Numbered from the stretch's first letter, positions 49,685-58,794 are shown. The stretch: 64,000 bases of DNA from Candidatus Woesearchaeota archaeon (GCA_964526265.1 CAZGIL010000001.1:8248-72247), one strand, 5' to 3'. Made by a program: numbers and translations. Notes: a model not told the origin generated them from the sequence alone.

Positions 49685-50946
49685 ATCTTTTCAAAAGCTC
49701 TCGCAATCTGAAGCATCTTTTCGTCTTTAAATCTATCGCACATTATCTGCATTCCAACCGGGATTCCTTCAATCTTTCCTGCCGGGATAGAAATTGCACA
49801 ATTTCCTGCAAGATTGGCGGGCACAGTAAGAACATCGTAAGAGTACATATCCTCAACAGAAATTTTGCTTCCTATCTTATGGGGCAGTCTTGGAACTGTG
49901 GGAGAGATTATACAATCAACTTTTTTAAATGCCTTAGAAAACTCTTCCTCAATTAACTTCTTTGCTTTAAGTGCACGATGGTAGTATCTTCCGGCATATT
50001 CCGCTTTAGAAATTTCACTCCCCCCCAAAATTCTTCTTAGAACTTCTGGCCCAGCAAACTCCTCAATCTTTTTACCATAACGCCTTCCATCAAACTTTCT
50101 TGTTCCAGAAAAAAACTCAACATATACAAGAGGATAGTAAATTTCAATTGCTAAATCAATATAAGGAATTTTTATTTTCTTAACCATCCACCCATACTTC
50201 CTAGCTGCCATCTCAACCTTTTTATTAATAACCTCCGCAATCTTTTTATCTGAAATTTTATAGTCTAGTAATCCAATAGTAATATTTTTAGGAATTTTTT
50301 CTACCTCTTTCAAATCAATTTTTTTACTTTCTTGTGATATTGAATCTTTGTCGTCTTTCCCTTGTATAACACTTAACAACAAAGCCGCATCAGAAACATT
50401 TTTTGCAAGAGGTCCAATCTGATCAAGACTCATAGACAAATCAATCAATCCATATCTGCTTACAGAAGAATAACTTGGTTTAACCCCCACAACACCACAA
50501 TGAGATGCCGGATTTCTTATGCTTCCCCCAGTATCACTTCCCAAAGCAAAATCACAAAAATCTGCCGCAACAGCGGAAGCACTTCCAGAAGAACTTCCTC
50601 CAGGAATTAATCCCGGAGCAGCAGGATTAAAAGTTGGGTTAAAAGCAGAAGTCTCCCCACTCCCCCCACACGCAAACTCATCCATATTAGTCATTCCGAT
50701 AATTATTCCCCCCTCATCTTTAATTTTTTTAATAACCGTAGCATCGTAGGGAGCTTTATAGTTTTCCAAAGTTTTAGATGCACAAGAAGTATTCATCCCC
50801 TTAACATTTATATTCGCCTTAACCGCAATAACTTTTCCGGCTAACTTGCCTTTTCCAGAACCCTTTGCATTTTCGTCTATCTGCAAAAAAGCATTTATCT
50901 TTTTATTCTCTTTTTTTATTTTATCTAGATAATTTTTAACACTCAT
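49681..50946 (-). CDS. gatA: Asp/Glu-tRNA amidotransferase subunit A
   Basis: Amidase signature: K, TNMDEFA, PGGSSSGS, GSDTGGSIR; ATG overlaps the gatC TGA. Confidence 0.95.
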   Translation of the reverse strand: MSVKNYLDKIKKENKKINAFLQIDENAKGSGKGKLAGKVIAVKANINVKGMNTSCASKTLENYKAPYDATVIKKIKDEGGIIIGMTNMDEFACGGSGETSAFNPTFNPAAPGLIPGGSSSGSASAVAADFCDFALGSDTGGSIRNPASHCGVVGVKPSYSSVSRYGLIDLSMSLDQIGPLAKNVSDAALLLSVIQGKDDKDSISQESKKIDLKEVEKIPKNITIGLLDYKISDKKIAEVINKKVEMAARKYGWMVKKIKIPYIDLAIEIYYPLVYVEFFSGTRKFDGRRYGKKIEEFAGPEVLRRILGGSEISKAEYAGRYYHRALKAKKLIEEEFSKAFKKVDCIISPTVPRLPHKIGSKISVEDMYSYDVLTVPANLAGNCAISIPAGKIEGIPVGMQIMCDRFKDEKMLQIARAFEKI

Positions 50947-51248
50947 TCTCTCCAACCCCCCTTCTCCGCAATTATAAAATCTGCATTCTTGCCGGGAGCA
51001 TTCCCAAACATAATTTCCCTACTGGTACCCTTTAGGGTACTTGTGCCCCCTAGGGGATCAATCTCGTAACAATCACATTCAGAACTCTCCTCTCTCTCAC
51101 AATTCTTCCTTTCAATGGTGGGCTCTTTCATTTCTTTGTCAACTTTAGAAAGCTTCTCAGAAAAAGAGTCCATAATACATTTTGCCTGCTTCTTAATCTC
51201 TTCTCTTTCTTTATCAGAAACCTCATGAAATAGGAAATTATCTGCCAT
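50943..51248 (-). CDS. gatC: Amidotransferase subunit C-like protein
   Basis: Small gene coupled to gatA; I+..F..L..V, R, MF.NAP....F pattern. Confidence 0.75.
   Translation of the reverse strand: MADNFLFHEVSDKEREEIKKQAKCIMDSFSEKLSKVDKEMKEPTIERKNCEREESSECDCYEIDPLGGTSTLKGTSREIMFGNAPGKNADFIIAEKGGWRE
51021..51056 (-). repeat. Two tandem 18-bp palindromic in-frame insertion units in gatC (PLGGTS-TLKGTS)
   Basis: Sense CCCCTAGGGGGCACAAGT + ACCCTAAAGGGTACCAGT; contains the inverted repeat GTACCCT-AA-AGGGTAC. Confidence 0.8.
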
Positions 51249-51278
51249 TAGAATCAGAAGAATGCCGTATTTATAAGA

Positions 51279-52082
51279 TTAATCTATATTTAAAATAAAA
51301 TAATCCCCCGAAGAACCAACATTAATAACTTCGGTTTTACTCACCTTCTTCTTTCCTTTCCCCTCATGAATATGCCCGCAAACAACATATCTCGGAGGAT
51401 ATTTTTTTATATAATTTAAAATAGCCTTGCTTCCTGCATGCTTCCCAATCCAATCTTTCGGGGCTCCCTTAAAACTAACTTTATCCAGAACCCCCCAGGG
51501 GGGCTGATGGCATAATAAAATGTCTAAACCTTTTCCAAATCCGTTTAAAATCCTTTTAGCCTTTTCTGTTTCTTCTCTTGCTTTTTTAAACCTCTCTGAA
51601 TATGGTTTTGGTTTAAATTCCTTAACCCAGGAAACATCACTAAAATATTCCAACCCCCCAATTCTTATCCCATTAAAATTAGCAAGGCGATTATTAATAA
51701 TTCGAACTCTTTTCATAGGAGTTAATCTGTTATACAAAAAGGGAAGTTCAAGGCCTATTTCTCTTGATTGTTCACGAGTATCTTCATTAGAACTCTCAAC
51801 ATTTCCAAAAATAACATAAACTGGAGCAACTCCCCTAAGATAATTAATAATTCTCAGAGAACTTTCATAGGCTTCAAGAAATGTCTGTTTCTTTTTCTTA
51901 GCAGAATATTCAATTTCAGGCAAGCCATTTTTTCTTCGAGTATGATTTTCAAAAGCCATCTTTTGCATCAAATCGGCTTTTCCAATATCCCCGGTTACAA
52001 GAATTAAATCCGTTCCACTTAGAGGAATCTGTTTCGCTTTTGAAAGGGCTCCATGCGGATCACCGATAACAACAATCTTCAT
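51279..52082 (-). CDS. Calcineurin-like metallophosphoesterase
   Basis: GDPHG, TGD, GNVE, CHQPP, CGHIHE. Confidence 0.85.
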   Translation of the reverse strand: MKIVVIGDPHGALSKAKQIPLSGTDLILVTGDIGKADLMQKMAFENHTRRKNGLPEIEYSAKKKKQTFLEAYESSLRIINYLRGVAPVYVIFGNVESSNEDTREQSREIGLELPFLYNRLTPMKRVRIINNRLANFNGIRIGGLEYFSDVSWVKEFKPKPYSERFKKAREETEKAKRILNGFGKGLDILLCHQPPWGVLDKVSFKGAPKDWIGKHAGSKAILNYIKKYPPRYVVCGHIHEGKGKKKVSKTEVINVGSSGDYFILNID

Positions 52083-52134
52083 AAATAAAAAAGAAAGAAA
52101 TAGTATATAAAATTAATTAAAAAACAAATTATTA

Positions 52135-52245
52135 CTATTCAGAATCTTCGTCACCAGATTCTTCAACTACATCATCATCAGATGATCCATCATTCATTTC
52201 ATCTTCAGTTGAAGTTTCCTCTTCACTAGTTTCGTCTTCTTCCAT
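52135..52245 (-). CDS. 36-aa hyperacidic small protein (missed by ORF track)
   Basis: MEEDETSEEETSTEDEMNDGSSDDDVVEESGDEDSE; AAGGAGG SD 8 nt upstream, TTTAAAAA box near 52292-52299, triple stop TAG TAA TAA. Confidence 0.7.
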   Translation of the reverse strand: MEEDETSEEETSTEDEMNDGSSDDDVVEESGDEDSE

Positions 52246-52317
52246 GGCATTTTCCTCCTTACATTAGAATAAATTGTAAGAGAACAAATCGTTTTTAAAC
52301 GTTTCTATTAGCAAGGA

Positions 52318-53595
52318 TTAGGGTGTTAGCCTATCTCTATCTCTTGGAAACATCGTTGCTTCCTTGACATTGTCCAACCCGCAGATAACCTGAGTTAATC
52401 TTTCAAGTCCAATACTCCAACCAGAATGAGGAGGCGCTCCATATCTAAAACTATCAATATACTCCTTGAAATCTTTAGGATTAAGTTTCTTCTCTTTTAA
52501 TTTTTTAATTAATAATTCCGGAAGATGTATTCTTTGTCCACCAGAAGAAATTTCAACACCCCCATAAAGTGTATCAAATCCGTAACTAAATTTAGATTTT
52601 GCATCTTCGTTTTCAGGCATAATGTAAAACGGCTTTGCCTCCGCCGGCCATGAGTGAGTAAAGACAATAGAATCTTTATGCATCTCACAAAGTTTCTTTT
52701 CTTGTTCGGGAGAGAAATCATCTCCAACCTTGCCTCCAACTTTCTTAATTGCATCAGAATAACTTAAATAAACAACTTTGGGAACTTTCAAATTTACACC
52801 CAAAATCTCTAACTCTTTCTTACAATTTTTTATTACCCTCTCAACAACGTCCTGAACACTTTCAGCAAGATGTTTCATGACATCTTCCTGATTCGCAAAA
52901 GCCATTTCAATATCCATCTGTCTTATTTCATTTATATGTCGAGTAGTGTTGTGTTTCTCGGCTCTCCATACGGGGGTTATCATAAATGTTTTTTCCATTG
53001 AACATGCAACCATTTGTTTATAGAGTTGGGGAGACTGAGCTAGATATGCTGACTTTTCAAAATACTTTACTGGAAATAAATCCGTTCCCCCCTCGGAAGA
53101 TGCACTAATAATACATGGGGGTTGCATCTCGATAAATCCCTTTTTATAAAAATGTTCCCTAAATGCATTTGCAATTTCATTCTGAATTTTAAAAATCGCT
53201 TGTGTTCTTATCCGATGAAAATCCATAAATCGGTAATCCAACCTCTTAGGTAATTCCGTCTTAGAATAATCCGAAACATCTATCGGAAGTGGCTGTTCCG
53301 CTTCTGCAAGAACTTTAAGCTTTTCTGGATTAATCTCATATCCTCCCGGAGCCTGTTTGGAAAAAACAACTTTCCCTTCAACCTCAACAACGCTCTCTCT
53401 TGGAATTTTATCGAGAATTTCAAAAATCTTCTCAGGAGTTTTGCCTTTTATTCCCGTAACCTGTATTTTACCAGAAATATCCCTCAAAACAAGAAATCTT
53501 ACTTTGCTTAAATCTCGGGAATCATGAACCCATCCCTTTACAAGTACCTTTTCTTTCTTCCCTTTCAAAACTTCTTCGATGTAATCTCTTTCCAT
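52318..53595 (-). CDS. aspS: Non-discriminating aspartate--tRNA(Asp/Asn) ligase
   Basis: GWVH and QAPGG (His/Pro markers of the ND type), RLDYRF.D, YLAQSPQLYKQ, RAE, GLERL, FPRD. Confidence 0.93.
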   Translation of the reverse strand: MERDYIEEVLKGKKEKVLVKGWVHDSRDLSKVRFLVLRDISGKIQVTGIKGKTPEKIFEILDKIPRESVVEVEGKVVFSKQAPGGYEINPEKLKVLAEAEQPLPIDVSDYSKTELPKRLDYRFMDFHRIRTQAIFKIQNEIANAFREHFYKKGFIEMQPPCIISASSEGGTDLFPVKYFEKSAYLAQSPQLYKQMVACSMEKTFMITPVWRAEKHNTTRHINEIRQMDIEMAFANQEDVMKHLAESVQDVVERVIKNCKKELEILGVNLKVPKVVYLSYSDAIKKVGGKVGDDFSPEQEKKLCEMHKDSIVFTHSWPAEAKPFYIMPENEDAKSKFSYGFDTLYGGVEISSGGQRIHLPELLIKKLKEKKLNPKDFKEYIDSFRYGAPPHSGWSIGLERLTQVICGLDNVKEATMFPRDRDRLTP

Positions 53596-53603
53596 ATTAA
53601 TTT

Positions 53604-55043
53604 CTATTTAAGGTACTTTTTAATAATTTCTATGGCCTCTTTTCCAGAAACTTTACCTTTAAATTCCTTCATTACGAGTCCCATATACGCATTTTCATTT
53701 AATCCCGGCTTTTCTTTAATAGATTTCATAACAAACTCTTCAACCTTATCTAAATCGATACTTTCAAATTTAACCGCATTTTCAATTTCTTCTCCACTAA
53801 CAATTCTTTCTAAAACCTGTTTAATTTGACTTTCAGAGATTTTCTTTTTGACATAATTCTCAAGAACGAAAGCCAAAACCTCCTTGTTTAATCTTTTCTC
53901 TACATCCTCTATCTTTTTTCCTTCATGAGAAGCAATCTCTTTAGGAAGTACAAATAAAACCTTTCCGGTTAAGGAAGGATTCTTGGTAATTGCTTGAAGC
54001 TCCCTAAACTCTTCAAGCCTTCCTTTTTTAAAGATAGCTTTTATTATTTCCTCGCTTAATCCTTCCTTTCTCAATTCCTCTTCAATAACACTCTTAAGCT
54101 TAGGAAGATTTTTCTTAACTTCATTAGTCCTCTCTCTAGAAATTCTCAACAAAGGCAAATCTGTTTCAGGGTACATCCTCGCAGCCCCGGGCATAGGACG
54201 AAGAAACTCCGAACTTCCATCCGGAAGAACGTTTCTTACCTCATTCACACTCTTTCCCTTTCCAACCAATTCAATCTGCCTTACAACTTCTTTTTCAATA
54301 GCAACCTCGAGATTTCTTATATCTTGAAATCCTTTCATTTCAATTCTCTTTCCCCCTTTAATAGATAAATTAACATCCTGTCTTATTGTTCCAATTCCTC
54401 TTTTAACCTTGCAACTTCTCAGAATATCTCCAAGATGCAACGCAACTTCCTTTGCTTGTTCTGGATTTTTAATATCCGGAGAGGTAGTAATTTCAACTAA
54501 CGGAATTCCCAATCTATCAAGTCTATAAACTTCCTTCTCTTTTTCTCTCTCAATTATTCTTGCCGCATCTTCTTCTAATCCCACAGACTCGATTCCAACT
54601 CTTCCTGCAGTTGTTTCAACATAACCATCAACCGCAATCAATACCGTTCTCTGAAACCCAGAAGTATTACTTCCGTCAATAACCGTCTTTCTCATTATTT
54701 GAGTAATTGGTAATATTCTACAATTCAAAAGAATTGCAATTTGAAGAGAAATATCTAGTGCTTCCGGATTAATCTGATGTGGAGGTTCTTCATCCAACTC
54801 AACCAAACAAGTAGAGTCGTAACCCTGATAATAAAATTTCTTTCCGAGTTTGGACTGATACTCCGCAGCAACATCTACCTTTCCACTTTCTCCTGCAACA
54901 GCATGAAGTTTTCTTTCAATAACAAAATCCGGAGTATCTTGACGAAGAACAGAAGGACAATTACAAAATAACTTCTTTGTATCGAGCTGTTGGTGTATTT
55001 CTAATCCTGACTTAAAACCCAATTCAGAGTGATTAATTTCCAT
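53604..55043 (-). CDS. gatE: Glu-tRNA(Gln) amidotransferase subunit E (lacking AspRS-like insertion)
   Basis: GLEIHQQL, DEEPP, MRKTVIDGSNTSGFQRT, GIGTIRQD, RPMPGAARMYPETD. Confidence 0.95.
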   Translation of the reverse strand: MEINHSELGFKSGLEIHQQLDTKKLFCNCPSVLRQDTPDFVIERKLHAVAGESGKVDVAAEYQSKLGKKFYYQGYDSTCLVELDEEPPHQINPEALDISLQIAILLNCRILPITQIMRKTVIDGSNTSGFQRTVLIAVDGYVETTAGRVGIESVGLEEDAARIIEREKEKEVYRLDRLGIPLVEITTSPDIKNPEQAKEVALHLGDILRSCKVKRGIGTIRQDVNLSIKGGKRIEMKGFQDIRNLEVAIEKEVVRQIELVGKGKSVNEVRNVLPDGSSEFLRPMPGAARMYPETDLPLLRISRERTNEVKKNLPKLKSVIEEELRKEGLSEEIIKAIFKKGRLEEFRELQAITKNPSLTGKVLFVLPKEIASHEGKKIEDVEKRLNKEVLAFVLENYVKKKISESQIKQVLERIVSGEEIENAVKFESIDLDKVEEFVMKSIKEKPGLNENAYMGLVMKEFKGKVSGKEAIEIIKKYLK

Positions 55044-55146
55044 AAAAGAGATAAATAAAAAAGAGTTTTTATAGTTAGTGTTCCAAAAAAGTAAAAATTA
55101 TCCCGAGAACAAAAACTTTATAACCATTAGATACTAAAACTAATTT

Positions 55147-55527
55147 ATGATAAAAGAGGAGAATAAACACCCAGTTAATACTAAAAATTTAACTTTCGGA
55201 CAAAGGGCTGCAGACAAACTTACTAGCTTTGCGGGAAGTTGGACTTTCATAACCATGTTTTTTATGGTCATCTTAATTTGGACGGTAATAAACAGCTATT
55301 GGATAGTTTTCGGAAGAAACTGGGACCCATATCCGTTTATTCTTCTAAATTTGGTTCTTTCCTGTCTTGCCGCAATACAAGCTCCAATAATTCTAATGTC
55401 TCAAAACCGTGAAGCACAGAGAGACAGGATACGTTCCGAATATGACTATAAGGTTAATAGAAAAGCCGAAAAGGGAATAGAAGAGGTAAAAAAACAATTA
55501 AACAGAATTGAGAAAAAAATTAGATGA
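55147..55527 (+). CDS. DUF1003 family membrane protein
   Basis: AD....F.GSW.F, DPYPFILLNL.LSCLAA.QAP.ILMSQNR. Confidence 0.9.
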   Translation: MIKEENKHPVNTKNLTFGQRAADKLTSFAGSWTFITMFFMVILIWTVINSYWIVFGRNWDPYPFILLNLVLSCLAAIQAPIILMSQNREAQRDRIRSEYDYKVNRKAEKGIEEVKKQLNRIEKKIR

Positions 55528-55838
55528 AAAGGGGCTCACATTATTTAAGAAAAAGGGTAATCGCAAAAAATCCTTCAGTTTCAACAAAGATACTTGATAA
55601 AATTGTTCTCATAATCGCCTTCCTCGCCCCCCTTGTCGAAATTCCACAACTACTAGAAATTTACGTAAACAAAGCCGCTCAAAATGTCTCGATAATAACG
55701 TGGGGGATGTTTGTAATTTTTGGAATTCCGTGGTTATTCTATGGGATAGTTCACAAAGAAAAACCAATAATAATTCTTTATACATTATGGATAATCATTG
55801 ATTCTTTGATTGTTATTGGAATAATTATGTATGGATAA
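55524..55838 (+). CDS. SemiSWEET/PQ-loop family 3-TM protein
   Basis: IPQ...IY..K.A..VS, W.FYG...K..P. Confidence 0.8.
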   Translation: MKRGSHYLRKRVIAKNPSVSTKILDKIVLIIAFLAPLVEIPQLLEIYVNKAAQNVSIITWGMFVIFGIPWLFYGIVHKEKPIIILYTLWIIIDSLIVIGIIMYG

Positions 55839-55845
55839 AATTTAA

Positions 55846-55941
55846 TTATTCTTCAATCCTATCGTTAAACTCACCGACGAAATTAACCAACATTTTTTCT
55901 TTAATAATTTGATTCTCTAATTTAAATGTTACCACAAACCC
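55846..55941 (-). pseudogene. Orphaned duplicate of the gatD 3' end
   Basis: Reads GFVVTFKLENQIIKEKMLVNFVGEFNDRIEE* vs GatD end GYVLAKTQDKEEIKKLMLTNMVGELNNRLEE* (12 of the last 19 residues identical, same stop register). Confidence 0.8.
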
Positions 55942-57118
55942 ATTAATACTAATATTTAAATATAAGGTAATATATAATTATATATGATCAAAATAAAAGG
56001 AAAGATAAAAAACTGCAGAACAACAAAACTCCTGATTATCCATAGTAAAAAACTTTCAGAAAAGATCATCGAAATAGGAAACAAAATTAACATTCAAAAT
56101 TTTAAAGAGGGATTAATTCTAGACCCAAAAGGAGATACCCACGTAACTATCGCCGCAGATAAAAGACTTCAAATAGCAATAACTAAACTAGTAAAAAAAG
56201 GAAGAATAGAATTAAATAATCAAACAGTAATTCCTATTTACTTGGACGAATCAAAGTGGAAAATTTCAAAAAATGATATACTAAAAAAGAGTATTGGTGA
56301 CCCTAGTTCCGAAATTACTCCAGAAGATTTGACTCGTAAAAATGCTGCATTGTCCAAAAGAGGAGGAAAATATTATTTAGATATAAGTTCAAAGGCCTTG
56401 TATGGACTTGTTAAGAAAAATAGAATAAAATGTTTATTAAATAAAAATAAAGGTGAGATGATTATCATAAGATCTGATGAGATTAATGCAAGGAAATTAA
56501 CCCCCCACAGCAAAAAGAGAGTTCAGATTGTGATACCAAAAAAAATACTTAATAAGGGAGAAAGAAATAAATTAGAGAAAAAAGCGTGGATTCCAATTAT
56601 TCTTAAATTAAATTTGAATTCATTCGGGTTAGAAATAAATGATTTTTACTCGATAAAAGAAGAAAAAGAATTAGTAGGATATTTAATAAAAAATAAAGTT
56701 AAAATAAAGGTAAAAGAACCATCTGATCCCTATGATATTCTACTCGAGGAAAACATTGGTATAGAGATTCATAATTCCATTCCCCATCCTTCTGATTTAA
56801 TTACAAGACATAGGGTAAAACCCGCATTAGTAAGAGTAAGAATATTAGAAGCGGACTTTTTAGTAAGAAAGGGGGATTTAAATAAATTTTTTGTAATAAT
56901 AAATGAAAAATGGAAAGAAGGAAAATATATCCAAGAGGTTATAAGAAAAGTTACAAAAAAAGTTATAGTAATCTTTACTAATTTCGAGAAAGGGTGGGAA
57001 AACGATATTGGAGATAAAATTATTACTCTTCTAAACGATTATTAAGTTCTCCGACCATATTGGTTAACATAAGTTTTTTAATTTCTTCTTTGTCTTGGGT
57101 TTTAGCCAATACATATCC
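55942..57118. mobile_element. Putative selfish nuclease element inserted in the gatD 3' end (boundaries approximate)
   Basis: AT-rich nuclease-like ORF bracketed by two diverged copies of the gatD C-terminal coding segment. Confidence 0.55.
55984..57045 (+). CDS. Putative endonuclease: duplicated N-terminal DNA-binding module + PD-(D/E)xK-like C-terminus
   Basis: Internal repeat KRLQIAITK..IPIYL / KRVQIVIPK..IPIIL; E.EL...PYDIL....IGIEIH; very basic. Confidence 0.55.
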   Translation: MIKIKGKIKNCRTTKLLIIHSKKLSEKIIEIGNKINIQNFKEGLILDPKGDTHVTIAADKRLQIAITKLVKKGRIELNNQTVIPIYLDESKWKISKNDILKKSIGDPSSEITPEDLTRKNAALSKRGGKYYLDISSKALYGLVKKNRIKCLLNKNKGEMIIIRSDEINARKLTPHSKKRVQIVIPKKILNKGERNKLEKKAWIPIILKLNLNSFGLEINDFYSIKEEKELVGYLIKNKVKIKVKEPSDPYDILLEENIGIEIHNSIPHPSDLITRHRVKPALVRVRILEADFLVRKGDLNKFFVIINEKWKEGKYIQEVIRKVTKKVIVIFTNFEKGWENDIGDKIITLLNDY

Positions 57119-58300
57119 CAGTTTAACAAAAGCGGTTTCAGAAAGCATATCTTCTAGATAAATCACTCCCGCTTTAAGAATTTCTCTTCCATTAGAATAA
57201 ACAAGAGGATCCAATCTCCCATAAATTGTCTGAGCAGCCGCACATACAATCAAACCCTTACCAATAACTTCTTTCAGTTTTTTGGTCCATCCTTTTCTAG
57301 AACGCATAGTTGGAACATGTCCCAATCCTCCAACCTCCAAAACAATTCCCTTATATTTTTTCTTAAGATAGTAATCCAAAATATCCGGATCTTGCCCCGG
57401 ATAAACCTTAACTAAAGCAACATCCTCTTCTATCTTAAAATCACCCTTAACATTATTTTTATTTCTAACATGATAATCAGAAAGAGGTTCAATCCTATCA
57501 GAGTAAATCTTAGCAAAGGGTTTATCGTTTATTGATTTGAAAGCATCTCTTTTAGAAGAATGTAATTTTCTAACTTTAGTTCCACGCATTGCATAACAAA
57601 AATCATCATTCGTTGAAGCATGCCCGACAAGCATAACTTCCGCAATATCCGAAATTGCAGCGAGAGCGGAACATTTCAAATTTAAATTTGCATCGGAAGA
57701 GGCTCTATCCACACTTCTCTGACTGTACGTTAAAACAACCGGTTTGTTTAGTTTTCCTAAAAAGAAACTCAGCGCAGCAGAAGTATAATGTAAGAAATCC
57801 GTCCCATGAGTTACAATAACTCCCCTAATATTTTCATCATTCAGAAGTTTCTCAACAGTTTGTCCAACTTTTTTCCAATCCCCAAAATCCATATCTTCTG
57901 ATGCTTTCATAAAAGGAACTTCAACTTTCAGAACGTTTACCTTTTCAAAAAGTTCAGGATAAAATTTAAACAAACTTTCAGGATCAGTTAACCAGTCAAC
58001 ACCCCCTTTCTTAGGATTTAACCGTGCGGCAATAGTCCCTCCGGTAATAACCATAGCGATATTTGGTTTTGAGGAGTCTTTCTTAATTACAACCTCTTCT
58101 TTTTGTTCTGAAACTTTTTCAATAACTCTAATTTCATTAACTTCTTTTTTCAAAACTCCAACATTATACCCAGAAGACAGCTTAACAAGAATTATCTCTT
58201 TTTCATCGGAAGGAGTCTCTAAAAGAGTTCCCTCATAAATTCTCTTACCTAAATCAACTTCAACCAAATCCCCTGGAACAGCATTAAACTTTTTAGTCAT
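57023..58300 (-). CDS. gatD: Glu-tRNA(Gln) amidotransferase subunit D
   Basis: VKL.SGYNVG N-domain, TGGTIA, HGTD, SQRS.DR.SSD, RK.HSS.RDAF, GLGH, DML.ETA.VKL. Confidence 0.95.
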   Translation of the reverse strand: MTKKFNAVPGDLVEVDLGKRIYEGTLLETPSDEKEIILVKLSSGYNVGVLKKEVNEIRVIEKVSEQKEEVVIKKDSSKPNIAMVITGGTIAARLNPKKGGVDWLTDPESLFKFYPELFEKVNVLKVEVPFMKASEDMDFGDWKKVGQTVEKLLNDENIRGVIVTHGTDFLHYTSAALSFFLGKLNKPVVLTYSQRSVDRASSDANLNLKCSALAAISDIAEVMLVGHASTNDDFCYAMRGTKVRKLHSSKRDAFKSINDKPFAKIYSDRIEPLSDYHVRNKNNVKGDFKIEEDVALVKVYPGQDPDILDYYLKKKYKGIVLEVGGLGHVPTMRSRKGWTKKLKEVIGKGLIVCAAAQTIYGRLDPLVYSNGREILKAGVIYLEDMLSETAFVKLGYVLAKTQDKEEIKKLMLTNMVGELNNRLEE

Positions 58301-58331
58301 AATTATTCAAATAGAAGAACATATAAAAATG

Positions 58332-58793
58332 TTATGAAAATTTTTCAGCAAGAAAATCAAAGAATCTTCTTTTTTCTATTTCCGCTTCTTCAACATTTCC
58401 CGAGGCGTGAATAACATTATCCACTGGCCTTCCTTGACTGAGCGCAACATCAAGGGAATCTATGCTAAAATATCCCCTCAATCTTCCTCCCGCCTTTTGG
58501 GGATCTGTTGGACCAATCACGCCACGAACTCTTTGAATTATGTTTTCTCCAGAATAAATCGCCAAGACAATCCCGTTTTCTGTCATTTGAAGTGCGTATT
58601 GACTAATCATTTCTTGAGGAATATGTGCATAGTGTTCACAAATCAATTCTTTAGAGGGATGAAAATAAAAGGGCCCAATAGAACGAATAAATCCCCCTCC
58701 AAGTTTATTTTCCAAAAAGCCAAAAATATCTTCACACTTTTTAGAATCAGTTGAATGGGGAGGTTTAATAAAAACCAAAGTTTCCTCTATCAT
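58332..58793 (-). CDS. ndk: Nucleoside diphosphate kinase (divergent)
   Basis: ETLVFIKP, EHY, R..IGPTDP, LRG.F, NVIHAS...EA..E. Confidence 0.8.
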   Translation of the reverse strand: MIEETLVFIKPPHSTDSKKCEDIFGFLENKLGGGFIRSIGPFYFHPSKELICEHYAHIPQEMISQYALQMTENGIVLAIYSGENIIQRVRGVIGPTDPQKAGGRLRGYFSIDSLDVALSQGRPVDNVIHASGNVEEAEIEKRRFFDFLAEKFS

Positions 58794-58794
58794 C

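Noticed and set aside
51490..51505. Palindrome CCCCCCAGGGGG in the metallophosphoesterase gene
   Set aside because: Encodes the conserved HQPPxG motif; not an insertion.
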